Positions 1 to 11,228 of a stretch of 64,000 nucleotides of DNA are shown one piece after another; position 1 is the first letter of the stretch; every line of letters starts with the position of its first letter. A program made the position numbers and the translations under genes. Under the pieces are notes generated by a model that was not told the DNA's origin, did not search any database, and saw nothing but the letters and a program-made list of their open reading frames with translations. Origin of the DNA: Rhodosorus marinus CCMP1338 (lineage: Eukaryota; Plantae; Rhodophyta); contig JAMWBK010000010.1 in NCBI GenBank assembly GCA_029953675.1, positions 682,001 through 746,000 of the forward strand. Direction: 5' to 3'.

Positions 1-266
1 TCCCGTCGGAAAAAAGGAGCAAGGACAAGCATTGGTCTAGATATTGTGGCCAAGCTGATCATATTGATTTCCAAGGGTTTTGGTTTTTAAGGTGTTTGGC
101 CTTGAAAAAGGGGGTCTTGTTTTGAAGTCAACGAGCGTTTGGGTTTTTGGGCGGGTTGGGATGAGGGGGGGGGGGGGAGAAGAGAGGAGGAGAAAGAAGG
201 TGGGATTGAAGAAGGGTAAGGAGTGTTACTCTGAGTGTTTGTGTGTGTGAGGCAGTGAGGGAAGAT

Positions 267-270
<4 letters not shown>

Positions 271-317
<47 letters not shown>
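271..317. repeat. (AG)n microsatellite
   Basis: Uninterrupted AG dinucleotide run in the G/T-rich upstream region of the first gene. Confidence 0.95.
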
Positions 318-318
<1 letters not shown>

Positions 319-610
319 GGAGAAGGGAGAAGGAGAGATTACTCCTCTTTCATTTAATGTTTTGAATCCGAGGCTAGTCTTGGCCACGGGGACCTTTTTT
401 GTAGCTCGGGTACCTTCTCGGAATGTGTTTGCGGTAGTCGTGGTGGTGTACGCGTTCGAGCTCTGGTTTTTTTTTTATATGTAGATCTGTCCTTTGTGTT
501 TTATATCTGAGGGGTATTTTTGGGGGCTGGAGACTTGGGTTGCTGTACAGCGGATGGGGGTGGTGAAGGTTTGTAGGAGATTTTGAAGGGTTGGAAATGT
601 TCTGGGGTCG

Positions 611-2577
611 ATGTACAGACGACCAGTGTATCTGTTTCTAGAAGGGCTGAAGAATGTGCTGTCCGGAGCCGAGCAGAGAGTCTCGCGGCTGGTGGACGCG
701 TTGGAAAGCCAGTCCGCTGATGTAAGCGCGATATCAGCGGGTTCCAGCAACGGGATCAGGGCAAATGCAGAGACTGCGACTTCTCAGGCTACAGGCGCCT
801 ATGCTTCGATCCAAATGCAGGCACAGACTGCGGTTCTTTCTAGTACTGTCCAAGAACCTCCCCCTGGACTGATTTCTACCCCGGTAAGGCCAGGCAGAAG
901 CTGCTTTGTCTGCAACTGATTAGAGAAACTGAGCTCCATCTGGAACTTCGCTTGTGGGTCTTACCAGGCAATCGTTGGGACCAACACCCAGTCTGGATGC
1001 CATCCAGGACTGCCGAACAATTCTAAGGATCGGATGACAATTCCAATCAACCATAGCTTGGAGGCCACCATCGCTCGGAAAGCTTCGGGCGATGAGACAA
1101 TGAAACTTGGGCGCCAGGAAGCACCGGCGGAGCGGCTGAGGGCGTGAGTACTTGGTTCTTCGTGAGGATGATGATCCCGCCCCTCCAATCCAATGCTAAT
1201 AGAGTTATACTCTATTGCAGGCCCAAGCAAGTTCGTCCCAAGGAGTGGTACGTGATAGACGCCATGAACCTGATCTTCCGTTTCTACCACGCCAGAAACC
1301 TCCATTATAGAGCGAGGCCTTCTTCCTTGAATGAGACGTCGTTGGCAATGTTGTCCATGTTAATTCGTCGATTGATAAGGTTGGTGGACGACCATGCGAA
1401 AGATGGGAATCCCCTCGTCATGGTGTTTGATGCGAGACATCTTGCCACAAAGAGTGGGCAGCGTCTCGCAATCTTGCCAACGTACAAGAAAGGAAGGTAC
1501 TCGCTTTTGTTCAAGATCAAGCTCACTTTTTCTACTCTGTACACGTAGAATTTTCAAAGAACACCAAATCACCCAAAACCGGATAGGGTTTACGCTGATT
1601 AGTTCTTTTTGCGTGCTTTGTACAGACCACCAATGCCAGAGGATCTCAAGCAAATAGTTCCTGAACTCAAAGCCGCGGCGTTTGCGCTGGGCGCGAATCT
1701 GTTAGAGGTGGGCTCTACACGAACGAGGATGGACGTCGATTTGCCCTCTAACTCGTTTCTCTCTCTATTCAGCTCGGTGGCTTCGAGGCTGACGACGTGA
1801 TCGGTAGCCTGGCCACTCAAGTTCGCGACCGTGGGGAGAAGATGTATATTGTTTCCAATGATAAGGATTTTCAACAGCTTCTTGAAGATGATAAGATTTT
1901 CCTGCTTAAACCAGTCTTTAACTCAAAGGAAAAACGCTGGTCGACCATGACGGCAGAAGATTTCCGTGAATCTAACCATGGATTGGAGCCTTGCAAGTAC
2001 GTGCTCGCTGTCGTGCGCTCGCAGAGTAGCCAGAGATTCAAGCGAGAAACCTCAAACCCCTGAAAGACCGTCCTTTGTTTTCGCTGCAGATACCCTGACA
2101 TTCAGGCCCTCACAGGGGACGCTGCTGACAACGTTCCAGGCGTGAAGGGCATAGGTCAGAGAATCGCACCCTTCCTGCTCTCGAAGGCTGCTAACAAGGA
2201 TCTCGAATCCTTGCTCGCTCACGTTGATATTTTAGACGAGAAGTACAAACGGGAGTACGTCCAACACGAAAGAATCGGAAACAAGAGGGGGGTCGAGGGG
2301 GGGATTGGGACTGATTCAAAAGCTTTTGGTCTTCATGACTAGGTTGAAACCTAAGGCTGAAATCTTGCCTCAAATGAGGACTGTTCTCACGATTAGGAGA
2401 GACATTAATCTGGGGATGGCCCTCTGGCTGGCACTAAGGTATCGCCGGAAAATTAATATTAAGGAGGTGGACCGAATATTTGGCAGACTTGGGGGAGATA
2501 GCTCTTCAGTCCGGGAGCAGCTGTCCAGTATTGGTTTCAAGGAAGCAACTTATCAGAAAGTCAAGATGAAGTACTAA
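611..2577 (+). CDS. 5'-3' exonuclease (DNA Pol I 5'-nuclease/FEN-like, probably organellar), multi-exon; start uncertain
   Basis: Spliced exons give WYVIDAMNLIFRFYHA...VMVFDA...PTYKKGR, PPMPEDL, GFEADDVIGSLA, IVSNDKDFQQLL and ALTGDAADNVPGVKGIG (H3TH motif). GT-AG introns restore the frame, e.g. 1144-1220. Confidence 0.9.
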
Positions 2578-2797
2578 AATGGCTGAGAATTGATTATTCG
2601 AGATCGACGCCTCCCTGAGATCCAAACCCAGGTTCATACCAGGAAAGAAGCCATCTTGCGACTGGTATACAACTGTTGCTGATTCGAAACGTTTCTAAAC
2701 CGAGAGTTTGCAGTTCGAGGGGGTACTGCCCGCAGCGTGAAGACGATGTAGAGGGGCATTCCGGACTCGTATGATAAGCTCTCTAGTTTATATTATT

Positions 2798-5700
2798 CTA
2801 CATATTTACGTGAACGCGAGTACCGGCTTCCATCATCGTTCGTCTCACGTCAAGGAGAGACATATCATCGTTCTTGAAGAGGAAGGCCTGCATCAAGAAC
2901 GTACGACTACTCTCAGGAAGTACGGTTAAGTCTGCCAGTCGTATATACCTCGAAGGGCCCTGTGGAACTCCGACCATATCGCACACGTAGGTCCAGGTAT
3001 CACGAAAGTCGGCAATAACAAAACCCTCCTTTCGAGAAATATCTTCCTTCTCCTTGTAAAAACTATAAACATCTTCCGGTGAAAGGCATCCATCCATGTC
3101 TGTATCCAACACCGGGAAAAAATATTCTACACTCGCTCGCGCACCAGGTTCGCCCACAGCAATCCAGAACCTGATCCGGACAAAACCAGTTAGCTAAGGT
3201 GCAAATATTGCGCCGGTCGAATTAATAAGGACATACGGATCTAGAACGTACCTGGTCAAGTCGGCAACTCCAATCCTATCCTGACCATCGCAGTATCTAT
3301 TGAAAACCGATGCGACGGCGCTTGGTATGAGCAGCTCCTTATGCGTGTTGACTAGCTTCATACATTCTCGAGAAGCACCGACTCCCAGCGTCGGATCTTT
3401 CATTGCAACGGTTGAGAGCAAACCCAAGAGCGCCTGCGTTTGCCGTAGCAGATCATGCAAGTTTAGAGAGTCAGCTCCGCAGTAGGTGGGTCGAACGCAA
3501 AGTTCTGGTAATAGAGCACAAACCTCAACTCTGTCCGCTCTCAGGACCAACGCCACGCCTTCATACCGACCATTCTCGGCGTCGAAAAGAGCTTTGCTGA
3601 GGTTTCCTCTACGAAGCTCTCGCATAGTGAAAGGTCTGCCACTCCGAGAGCTCCCACACAAGGCGAAACACAGGCACGCCGAAGCGACTTGCATCGCAAA
3701 CTCAAGCGCAAGACGCTCATGGAACATTGATGCTCGCTCTTCCAGAAAGGCGGATACTAGTTTCTCTATCCCACCGACCCGTACTCCCTTTTCGTCGTCC
3801 ACCCTCAGCACGTTGTACAGTCTCTCCTCGGGATCAAAGCCTCCGAGCCTATGGTTCAGAATGAGATAAACATTTAGATCGGAAGGCCAACGCGAACCCC
3901 TTCGGACCTGCAGGCCACGCTTATCCAGAGTTCTTCAGCTGAAAGCTTCACCGATTAAAATGCCCGCTTACCTGGCGCTCCAATACCTTGAAAACGATTC
4001 ATAGTCGATCACTTCCGGCGAACTCGCACCATGGTTGATCTTGTCTCGCTTGACGGCCTCGTAAAGGATACCAGCAGCACAAACAGGAAGGTAACAAACA
4101 CGGGCTATATGCCTGAAAATTTCCTCCGTTACCCGCGAGTCGTTTTTGCGAAAAATGTTCTCCACAGTGAGTTCCTCCACTCGGCTTTGCGACAGCGTCA
4201 AGTCTAGGGCTTTCCTTTGCTCCTGAAGAAGACAAGATCACCGCAACCGTCTACGATCAATGATTTGCTCAATTTGAAAAAAGCCCGAAGAAAGCAAGAA
4301 TCGAAGCTATTGCTGGCTTCGAACACATTGGCAGATTCACGTGTCACGGCAAGGAATTCGGAGGCCGATGATCCATACCTCGTTGAAGCTGAGGATGACT
4401 TCGCTCTCCGCCCCGGCAGTGGCCGGTAGTGAGGTGCAGACCATGAAGTCATCATCGATGACCTTTCTGGTAAGGTCGCGAACTTCCAACGCGTCCTGGG
4501 CAGTGAGTCTATCCTCAAATACCCGCTCGGCCGGGAAAGAATAGACACTCGATATGTCTTTGCTGCTGCCGACGAGAACGAATGGCGTCGTGGGTACATG
4601 CGCGCGAATTTCCTCCAAGTGCGGACGTAGGAACGGAAGCTTCACGATGAAGACATCGAACATTTTTAGAGCCGACACCGTCGAAACGCTCTTCTCAAAA
4701 ACAGAAACGGTGAAGCCGCCGTATTTCTCCATGATGCTTGTCATCTCCTGAGAGGAATTCTTCTGAAACCCTGTCCGGATCAGGGTGAAATAGACGATCA
4801 CACAAAAGTCAGCAACAACGTGGAGGCCTCTGCTGTCCAAGCTCGACTATGGCGATTTGCGAGTTTTCCGACGTACCTATTAGAAGAGCGTGAAGCTTGA
4901 TATTTGCATTGCTCTGTGACCTCCTCTGCATACGCTCTTCCGTCTGCCACTTAATAATTGAGGCGTGTCTCTGTAAACCCATGGGTAGGCAATCCTTCTG
5001 GGCGACATCCGCGACCAATGGAACTCCAATATCGACAGAGCAGGAGATCAAATCAAGGCAAGAAACAAGGGGAGTCACCACTATGGGTCCCGTAAGTCTG
5101 TTTCTCTTCAGGCTTAAGGATCTCAATTGCGGAATGTGCCCCAACGGTGTCAAGTCTATTGACCCTTCCAAGCGATTATCCTCGAGGTACAGTGAGCGAA
5201 GGTTGGTGCATGTCTTCAACGGTCCAAGGTCAATCTCTATCAGCTCGTTGCTCTGAAGCCAGACTTTTTCCAGCTTTCGGCAGTCTGCGAGCGGCGCCAG
5301 GTCAATGCGACATAGTCGATTTCGCTGTAAGTACAAGGTCTGCAGTCAAAAACGGAGGCGATAGATTAGCCAGTGCAAAGACGAGTGTACGGAATGTGGA
5401 CTCTTCCGCAGATCATTGACAAAAAGTCATACCTCGAGATCTTGGCAATGAGAGAGCGCTGAGAGATCGATTTTCTCTATTCTGTTAGCTGCGAGGGAAA
5501 CCTCTTTCAACCGACACGTCGAGAGCTGCCAAAGAGCATCCAAATGCACGCTCTTGACTGCGAGGCCCCCGAGAAAGAGACCCTTCGTATCACCCCTCAC
5601 TACATAGCTTGAGACGCCGGCATCTGCGATCCCATGCACTTTCACCCCAATATCGTCTCTAACTGTCTGGCCCAGATCCTTCATCGAATCCCCTCTGGGA

Positions 5701-6419
5701 AGGTTTTTCCTCCCGGAGGCGGAAGTCCCACTCTGGGGAGATCGACTCTCCATACCATGATCCAACAACTCCTCAGTATCCACAGACTTTACTTCGCACG
5801 ATGAGTTATCATCTGCTGTTGTAGAGGACAATTCCACGTCCTCGCTCGAAATGATTTCCCTTTCTGGATACGGAGCCTGGGGGTGTACCAACTCCACGTC
5901 ATCAACGCTGCTCTGTTCGGGTTCCGGTAAGTTTTCGAGTTTCGGGCTGCTGTTCCCCCAGGGCCGTCCTTCACTAGTTTCTTGAGCAAGGCCCGCGTAG
6001 CTTTTATCAATCTTCCCACCGTTTGGTTCAATTACGGAAGCCTGGGACGCGATGAGCTCCACATCCAATCCTTCTTTCCTACCAGAGTCAGCTACATGGA
6101 CGAGAGCTCGAGCTTCCCAAGGCTGTCGCTCTTTTCCTTGGCCCAACTCCGCATAATCGCCCTCAACCCCCTCTTTGACAGGTTCGTCCACAGGTTCCGA
6201 TACTTCCTGATGCCACGGCCGCTCCTTTGTGTCTCCGTCCGTATCCTTTCCGAGGTCGACGGGTCTACAGTTAGCTGCGTAAGGCCCTGGCCTACCCAGA
6301 GTTGACATCAGGTTGCACTCGCTCATTTCAGATAGGGTACTTAATGAATACCCCAAGTTCTCCCACCCTCGTCTCCACGTTGGCCGCTTTCGCAACTTCT
6401 CCATAGTGCTCTTCACCAT
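2798..6419 (-). CDS. Multidomain protein: acidic N-terminus + LRRs + pseudo-receiver (CheY-like) domain + PP2A B''-like EF-hand region
   Basis: Exons 6419-5433, 5339-4877, 4770-4379, 4222-3972 and 3848 onward join in frame via GT-AG introns. LRRs: IDLxPL..C..L..L.L..N.L. B'' motifs: WSARLGGFDPEERLYNVL and SVEYFFPVLDTDMDGCLSPEDVYSFY. Confidence 0.8.
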
Positions 6420-7190
6420 CTCAAGTCCACAATCCCCGACCCCTCGCCTTCACAAGCAACAAGACTCCAGCGACAACCTGCCTTCCTGTTCCCCCAAATT
6501 TATCAACTCATTACTTCAGTCAGAAGGGACTAACAATCAACTGTTGTACTTGTCAATCGAGCCCATCTCGTCCTTATCTTTCAACCGCCTTCCATAACCT
6601 GAACAACCTCCGGCTGCCCTTGGTTCCTCCTCAAATACTAACAATGTTCAGTTCTCAAACGCCTGTTGACGAAGGGAAACCAACCAAAACTCCCGACTTC
6701 AAAAAAAATCCCTGCGAAAACCCTCCGAGCAAACACTCAACCTTGTCACAGAAGAACAAACAAAAAAAACAAACGCCAAGCTCATCCCACTCCCGACCCT
6801 AGAAACATAAACATACCTCTGAGAAGAAAAAGCTCCCAACCTTGTAGCGTTCTGCTAAATCTTTCAAGGAACAAACCAACCATCAAAATCAGTCTCAGCG
6901 ACTTCTTCACCACCCACCACCAAAACCAAAAAAAAAGAAGCAACAACCACACAAACCAAACCTCCCTCAACAATTTTCACCGATACCACGACCAAAGCAA
7001 AAAGAAAGCTGGAGACAGTTCCAACCCCTTACAGACACCACCCTCTTTCCCCTCCCCCCGCTCCCCCCTCTATTTTCTTATGACCAACTCATCTCCTTCT
7101 CTACCCGCTCCACCATGTAAAACAAAACCTCCCTAACGCATTTTATTCCCAACAAGACGAAAGTAACCTCGAAAAAGGCCATATCAACGT

Positions 7191-8340
7191 TTTCCCGAAG
7201 AAGCTGCTTGCCATCCACTTGCTTTGCACGGCAATCAATCCCACTGCGCGTGTTCTCGTCCTCATCTACTGCAACCTCGTTTTCATTGCGACCGAGGGGT
7301 TGTTTTTTCGGTCGAGCCCTTGACTTCGACTGCTAGATTTGTTTCCCGAAGAAGCTGCTTGCCATCCAGTTGCTTTGCACTGCAATCAATCCCACTGCGT
7401 GTTCTCGTCCTCATCTACTGCAACCTCTTTTTCATCTGCGACCGAGGGGATGTTTTTTCGGTCGAGCCCTCGACTTCGACTGCTAGATTTGTGGCGATAG
7501 TGTCTATTGAAGAGTTGCTTTGCGTGGCTTGGCTGCGCAACTTGCAGTTTGTTGATGGAACGCATCCCCGAAGAAGTTGCTCCCGCAACTTCTTCATTAC
7601 TGAACCTCTTTTTCATTGCTACTGAGTGGTTGTTACGTCGAGGCCTAGCCTTCGACTTCTAGACTCGTGGCGATGGTCTCTATTGAAGAGTTGCTTTGCG
7701 AAGCTTGGCTACGCAAATTGGAGTTTGTGGATACACGTTTCCCCAACGCAGCAGCAGCTACCATCCAGTTGTTTCGCCCGCCATCTTTTGTTGCGTGTTC
7801 CGGTTTTTCATCGATACTGAGGGGTTGTTCGGTCGAGCCCTCGCCTTCGACTGCTAGACTCGTGGCGATGGTCTATTGAACAGTTGCTTTGCGAGGCTTG
7901 GCTTCACAACTTGGAGTTTGTTGATAAACGTATCCCCGAAGCAGCCGTTACTGCCATCCTGTTGCCTGTTCTCCTCGCCTTCAGAACCACTTTTTCATTG
8001 AACTGAGCGTTTGTGAACGGGGGGGAGCTTGTAGAGGGCTATGGCCGAGGGTGCCTTGATTGCAAGGTTATTGGCGATGATCGCTTCTGCGTTTTCCCAA
8101 CAGTAGCAGCAATTACTATCCAGTTGCTTTGCACCGCATCCTGTTGAGTGCTCTGCTCATAAGCTGAACGTCTTCCCTTTAGCGCTACTGTGCGTTTGTC
8201 AAAAGAGGAGCCTAGAGGGCTATTATCGTCGAGGGTGCCTTGACTGCTAGGTTGGTGGAAATGGTACATTGACCAGTTTTGCAAGCCTTGGTTGTGCAAC
8301 TTCGAGTTTGTTGACGGAGCGTAGAGGGCTATAGTCACCC
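7191..8340 (+). repeat. Diverged tandem array, units about 150-190 bp (first two units near-identical, period 151)
   Basis: Recurrent ggtcgagccc..cttcgactgctag and ctattgaagagttgctttgcg..gcttggct..aacttggagtttgttgat blocks at about 7310, 7470, 7640, 7830 and 8230. Confidence 0.85.
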
Positions 8341-8863
8341 CCTCCCCCGATTTATCTGTCGAGCCTCGAGTGGATTAAGTTGCTGTGCCCAGCTTACGCT
8401 AGCCTGCTACCCCGAAACTTTGTTTCCGTTTGTGTATGACTGCGTTGGGTTGTGTAGGGTTGCTGAGGAAAAAATGGAGCTACTAGCAGCAGTTCCTTCT
8501 AAGATGCGCCAAACTAGTCAGCCTCAGGGCTCCATGCCATGCGGTCCTATCTAGCTCGGCTCGAGTGGTTGCACCCGTTGCTTGATAGACCAGTTCTTCT
8601 GGTGGAGAATTCACACAAGGTGTCATGACGTTACTGGTTCGGTTACGAAGGCCCAGAGCGATATGCTCGAGGGTTGGCTGTTGGATTCAGAACGAAGGTC
8701 TATCCGCCATTTGCTAGGCATGCCAGCTCTCAATCCACTACTCGAACCCATGCTTTTCGTGCCGATTCTCGGAAGTTCAGCGACGTTGTAGGTTTGCTTA
8801 CGTTGGTAGAATCTAACCACGTTTGTATGACGTTTCTTGATCATGTTACGGACGCATGTACAA

Positions 8864-11228
8864 TCAAAAATCTGTGGTCCGTGGACGACCTTGCTCTTGA
8901 TATATACACACTTCCTCTCGCGAATCATAAGACTCAAGCGCACGCCGCTGTTTGGCGTTGAGCCGCGTATTCCATCCAATACCCAGAATGTATTGCCCAG
9001 AGTTATGATGTATCCCTTTCTTCGCCACCTCGGGACAGATCTTTTCAGCGGCTTCGCCACTTGGAAAAAGCCCCGACTCGAGTATGTAAACAGTATCGTC
9101 AGCGTTGTGACACCTAGGACAAGATGATGTTAACCATATCAGCAGAGTTGCTAACGATCCAGAAAGTGATCCGACCACAAGAAACACCGTACCCATTTCC
9201 GGGTTCGTTTTCTTCGCCAAAGCCTTTGCAGAAGATCTCGTAGAAGCAACTCTTCTCCGGCCTCTCGTTCTTCAATGCGCACTGGACAACGTCCTCAATG
9301 GCTTTTATCATCTTGTTGCTCGCTCGAGCACGGTAGAACTCGACATTCAACCTTCCGCTGTCAACTGATGACTTCTTCGGCTTGGATTCTGACAGAATGA
9401 CCAAGTCAGAGTCATGCCCGCTGATTTTCGCTCTGGGATCCTTCAGCCAAAGAATTCCAGGCTCACTCCATACAACGTCAAAACCCTTGCGCAGGACCTT
9501 CAGAACGACCCTGCTCTTCATCTTTGTAAGAAGTTTGAAGGCCTGAACGCTGATATGACCTAGATTAGGTAGCTCATCACGAAGATCAGCGATCAACGAG
9601 TCCTCGTAATATACAGGGATGCTCCGAACAGCGGCCCATTCATAGAGGTCTTTGTCCAGCGCAGCGATGATGAAGTTCGATACTTGCTGCTCTCTCAATC
9701 GACAGACCCAATGCATCATGGTCTCTCGCTCAGCGTAGTGAGCAGCAGTAAGAACAATAGAGTTGTTCACAGCGAGAAGGGTCAGCAATGGATCAATCTG
9801 AAACGGTAACCTAAGAGTTCGGTCAGACCGAAGTTCTCCGTCCTCACGTTCTCGAAAAATGCTCCCCTCCAGGATCTCGGTTCTAATTCTTCCACAGGTA
9901 AGCAGCCTTGATCCGTCTACAGGCACGGGGTCAGTTTCGCTGGATACGAAGCTGACACTGGATTCGCAGTTACAGATTCCAGGGCGCATCCTCCTCTGAA
10001 GGCAAAGACCAGACTCCTCAAGACAAGACGACAGTTTCCAGGGAGCGGACAATGCTGTCCCCCGCTGAATGGCATATGTACCACGGGCATGAGCCAAGTG
10101 CGTGTTTAGACTCCGTGCAACATTGGCTACATCCTCGTCGGATTTCGTCTTCGCTGAACTGTTCGAGTCCTGCTTTCTATCATTCACATCGTAGCTGTCT
10201 GAAATATGAACTGACAACGAGCTTTCAGATGCATCGATCACTTCGCGTCTACCAGCCGCAATCGTCTCGTGCAAGAACCAGTTGTCATGTAATCCTTCGC
10301 GGAAAACAAAATGCGGCATCCGTCCATCGAAAAGCCGTGGTCCGCCAGTATTCCAGGCGAACACAGAAATATTCTCATGAGAACGGAGCTTCCCTAGTTC
10401 TCTCACATCTCTCAGTATCTGAAACGATATCAATCCACAAATTTCTGAGTGCCGTAAGAATTCCACGCTCACGTCCTGATTCCTCAGAGAATTGTCTCCC
10501 GAGAGAATTTCCCTGTGGCTATTCGCACCGAATCACCAAAGCCTGGGTCGTCCGTATCAAGAGCTGGGAGCTCATCCAGGTCAACGCCCGCGCTGACCAC
10601 CAAGAAATGCTTGAACTGAGCTGCTATCTTCTTCAATGTTCTCGGGAAGTTACTCGTGAGGATTGAATCCCCATCGACTAGAACCGATACGGTTGCTGTA
10701 GATTCATTTGCTCGAACTATCATAGAGTTGAAAAGGAGCCCTTTGAGGAAGGATTTGTCAACTCTGGTCTCGATGCTCAGATTAAACCTGGAAGCTGCTT
10801 CCATGTACCTGACCAAACGGCCAAGACAACGTTTGGTCAGGTGTGAGTTCGCAGGTCTATTATCTCTTAGGCACGGATTCCGCTGCTCACCCGGTTTCGT
10901 AGCCCAGCAGCGTTACCTTGGGACGTGGTTCCAATTGTACCCATGATCGGATCGCTCTGTAATTTCTCACGGTGTCCTCTCCACGGAAGGGTTTTGGTGC
11001 AGAAAATATTTCCATGGAAAAGTCTTCCAGTCTCCCCGAGAAGGGACGCCTAGCCGGACTCGAGTTGGAAGCATGCCCAGAGTATGCTTGGCCACGCCTG
11101 GAGCTGAGCTGATAGAGGTGAATCAGCACGAGAGTTCCCGTTAGCAGAACTAGCCAATACGGAGGCCGCTTGGCTCTGTTCCAGCGTTGCTTCAATCTGT
11201 GCAATAGAGATGCACGTTCTCCAATCAT
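8864..11228 (-). CDS. RAY1: Beta-arabinofuranosyltransferase RAY1-like, GT77 nucleotide-diphospho-sugar transferase (type II membrane protein)
   Basis: N-terminal TM (PYWLVLLTGTLVLIHLY), IFSAPKPF..AIRSW..L.P.P.VTLLG, FAWNTGG..MPHFVF..G.HDNW, FIIAALDKDLY and ILESGLFPSG..IHHN. Three introns restore the frame. Confidence 0.75.
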
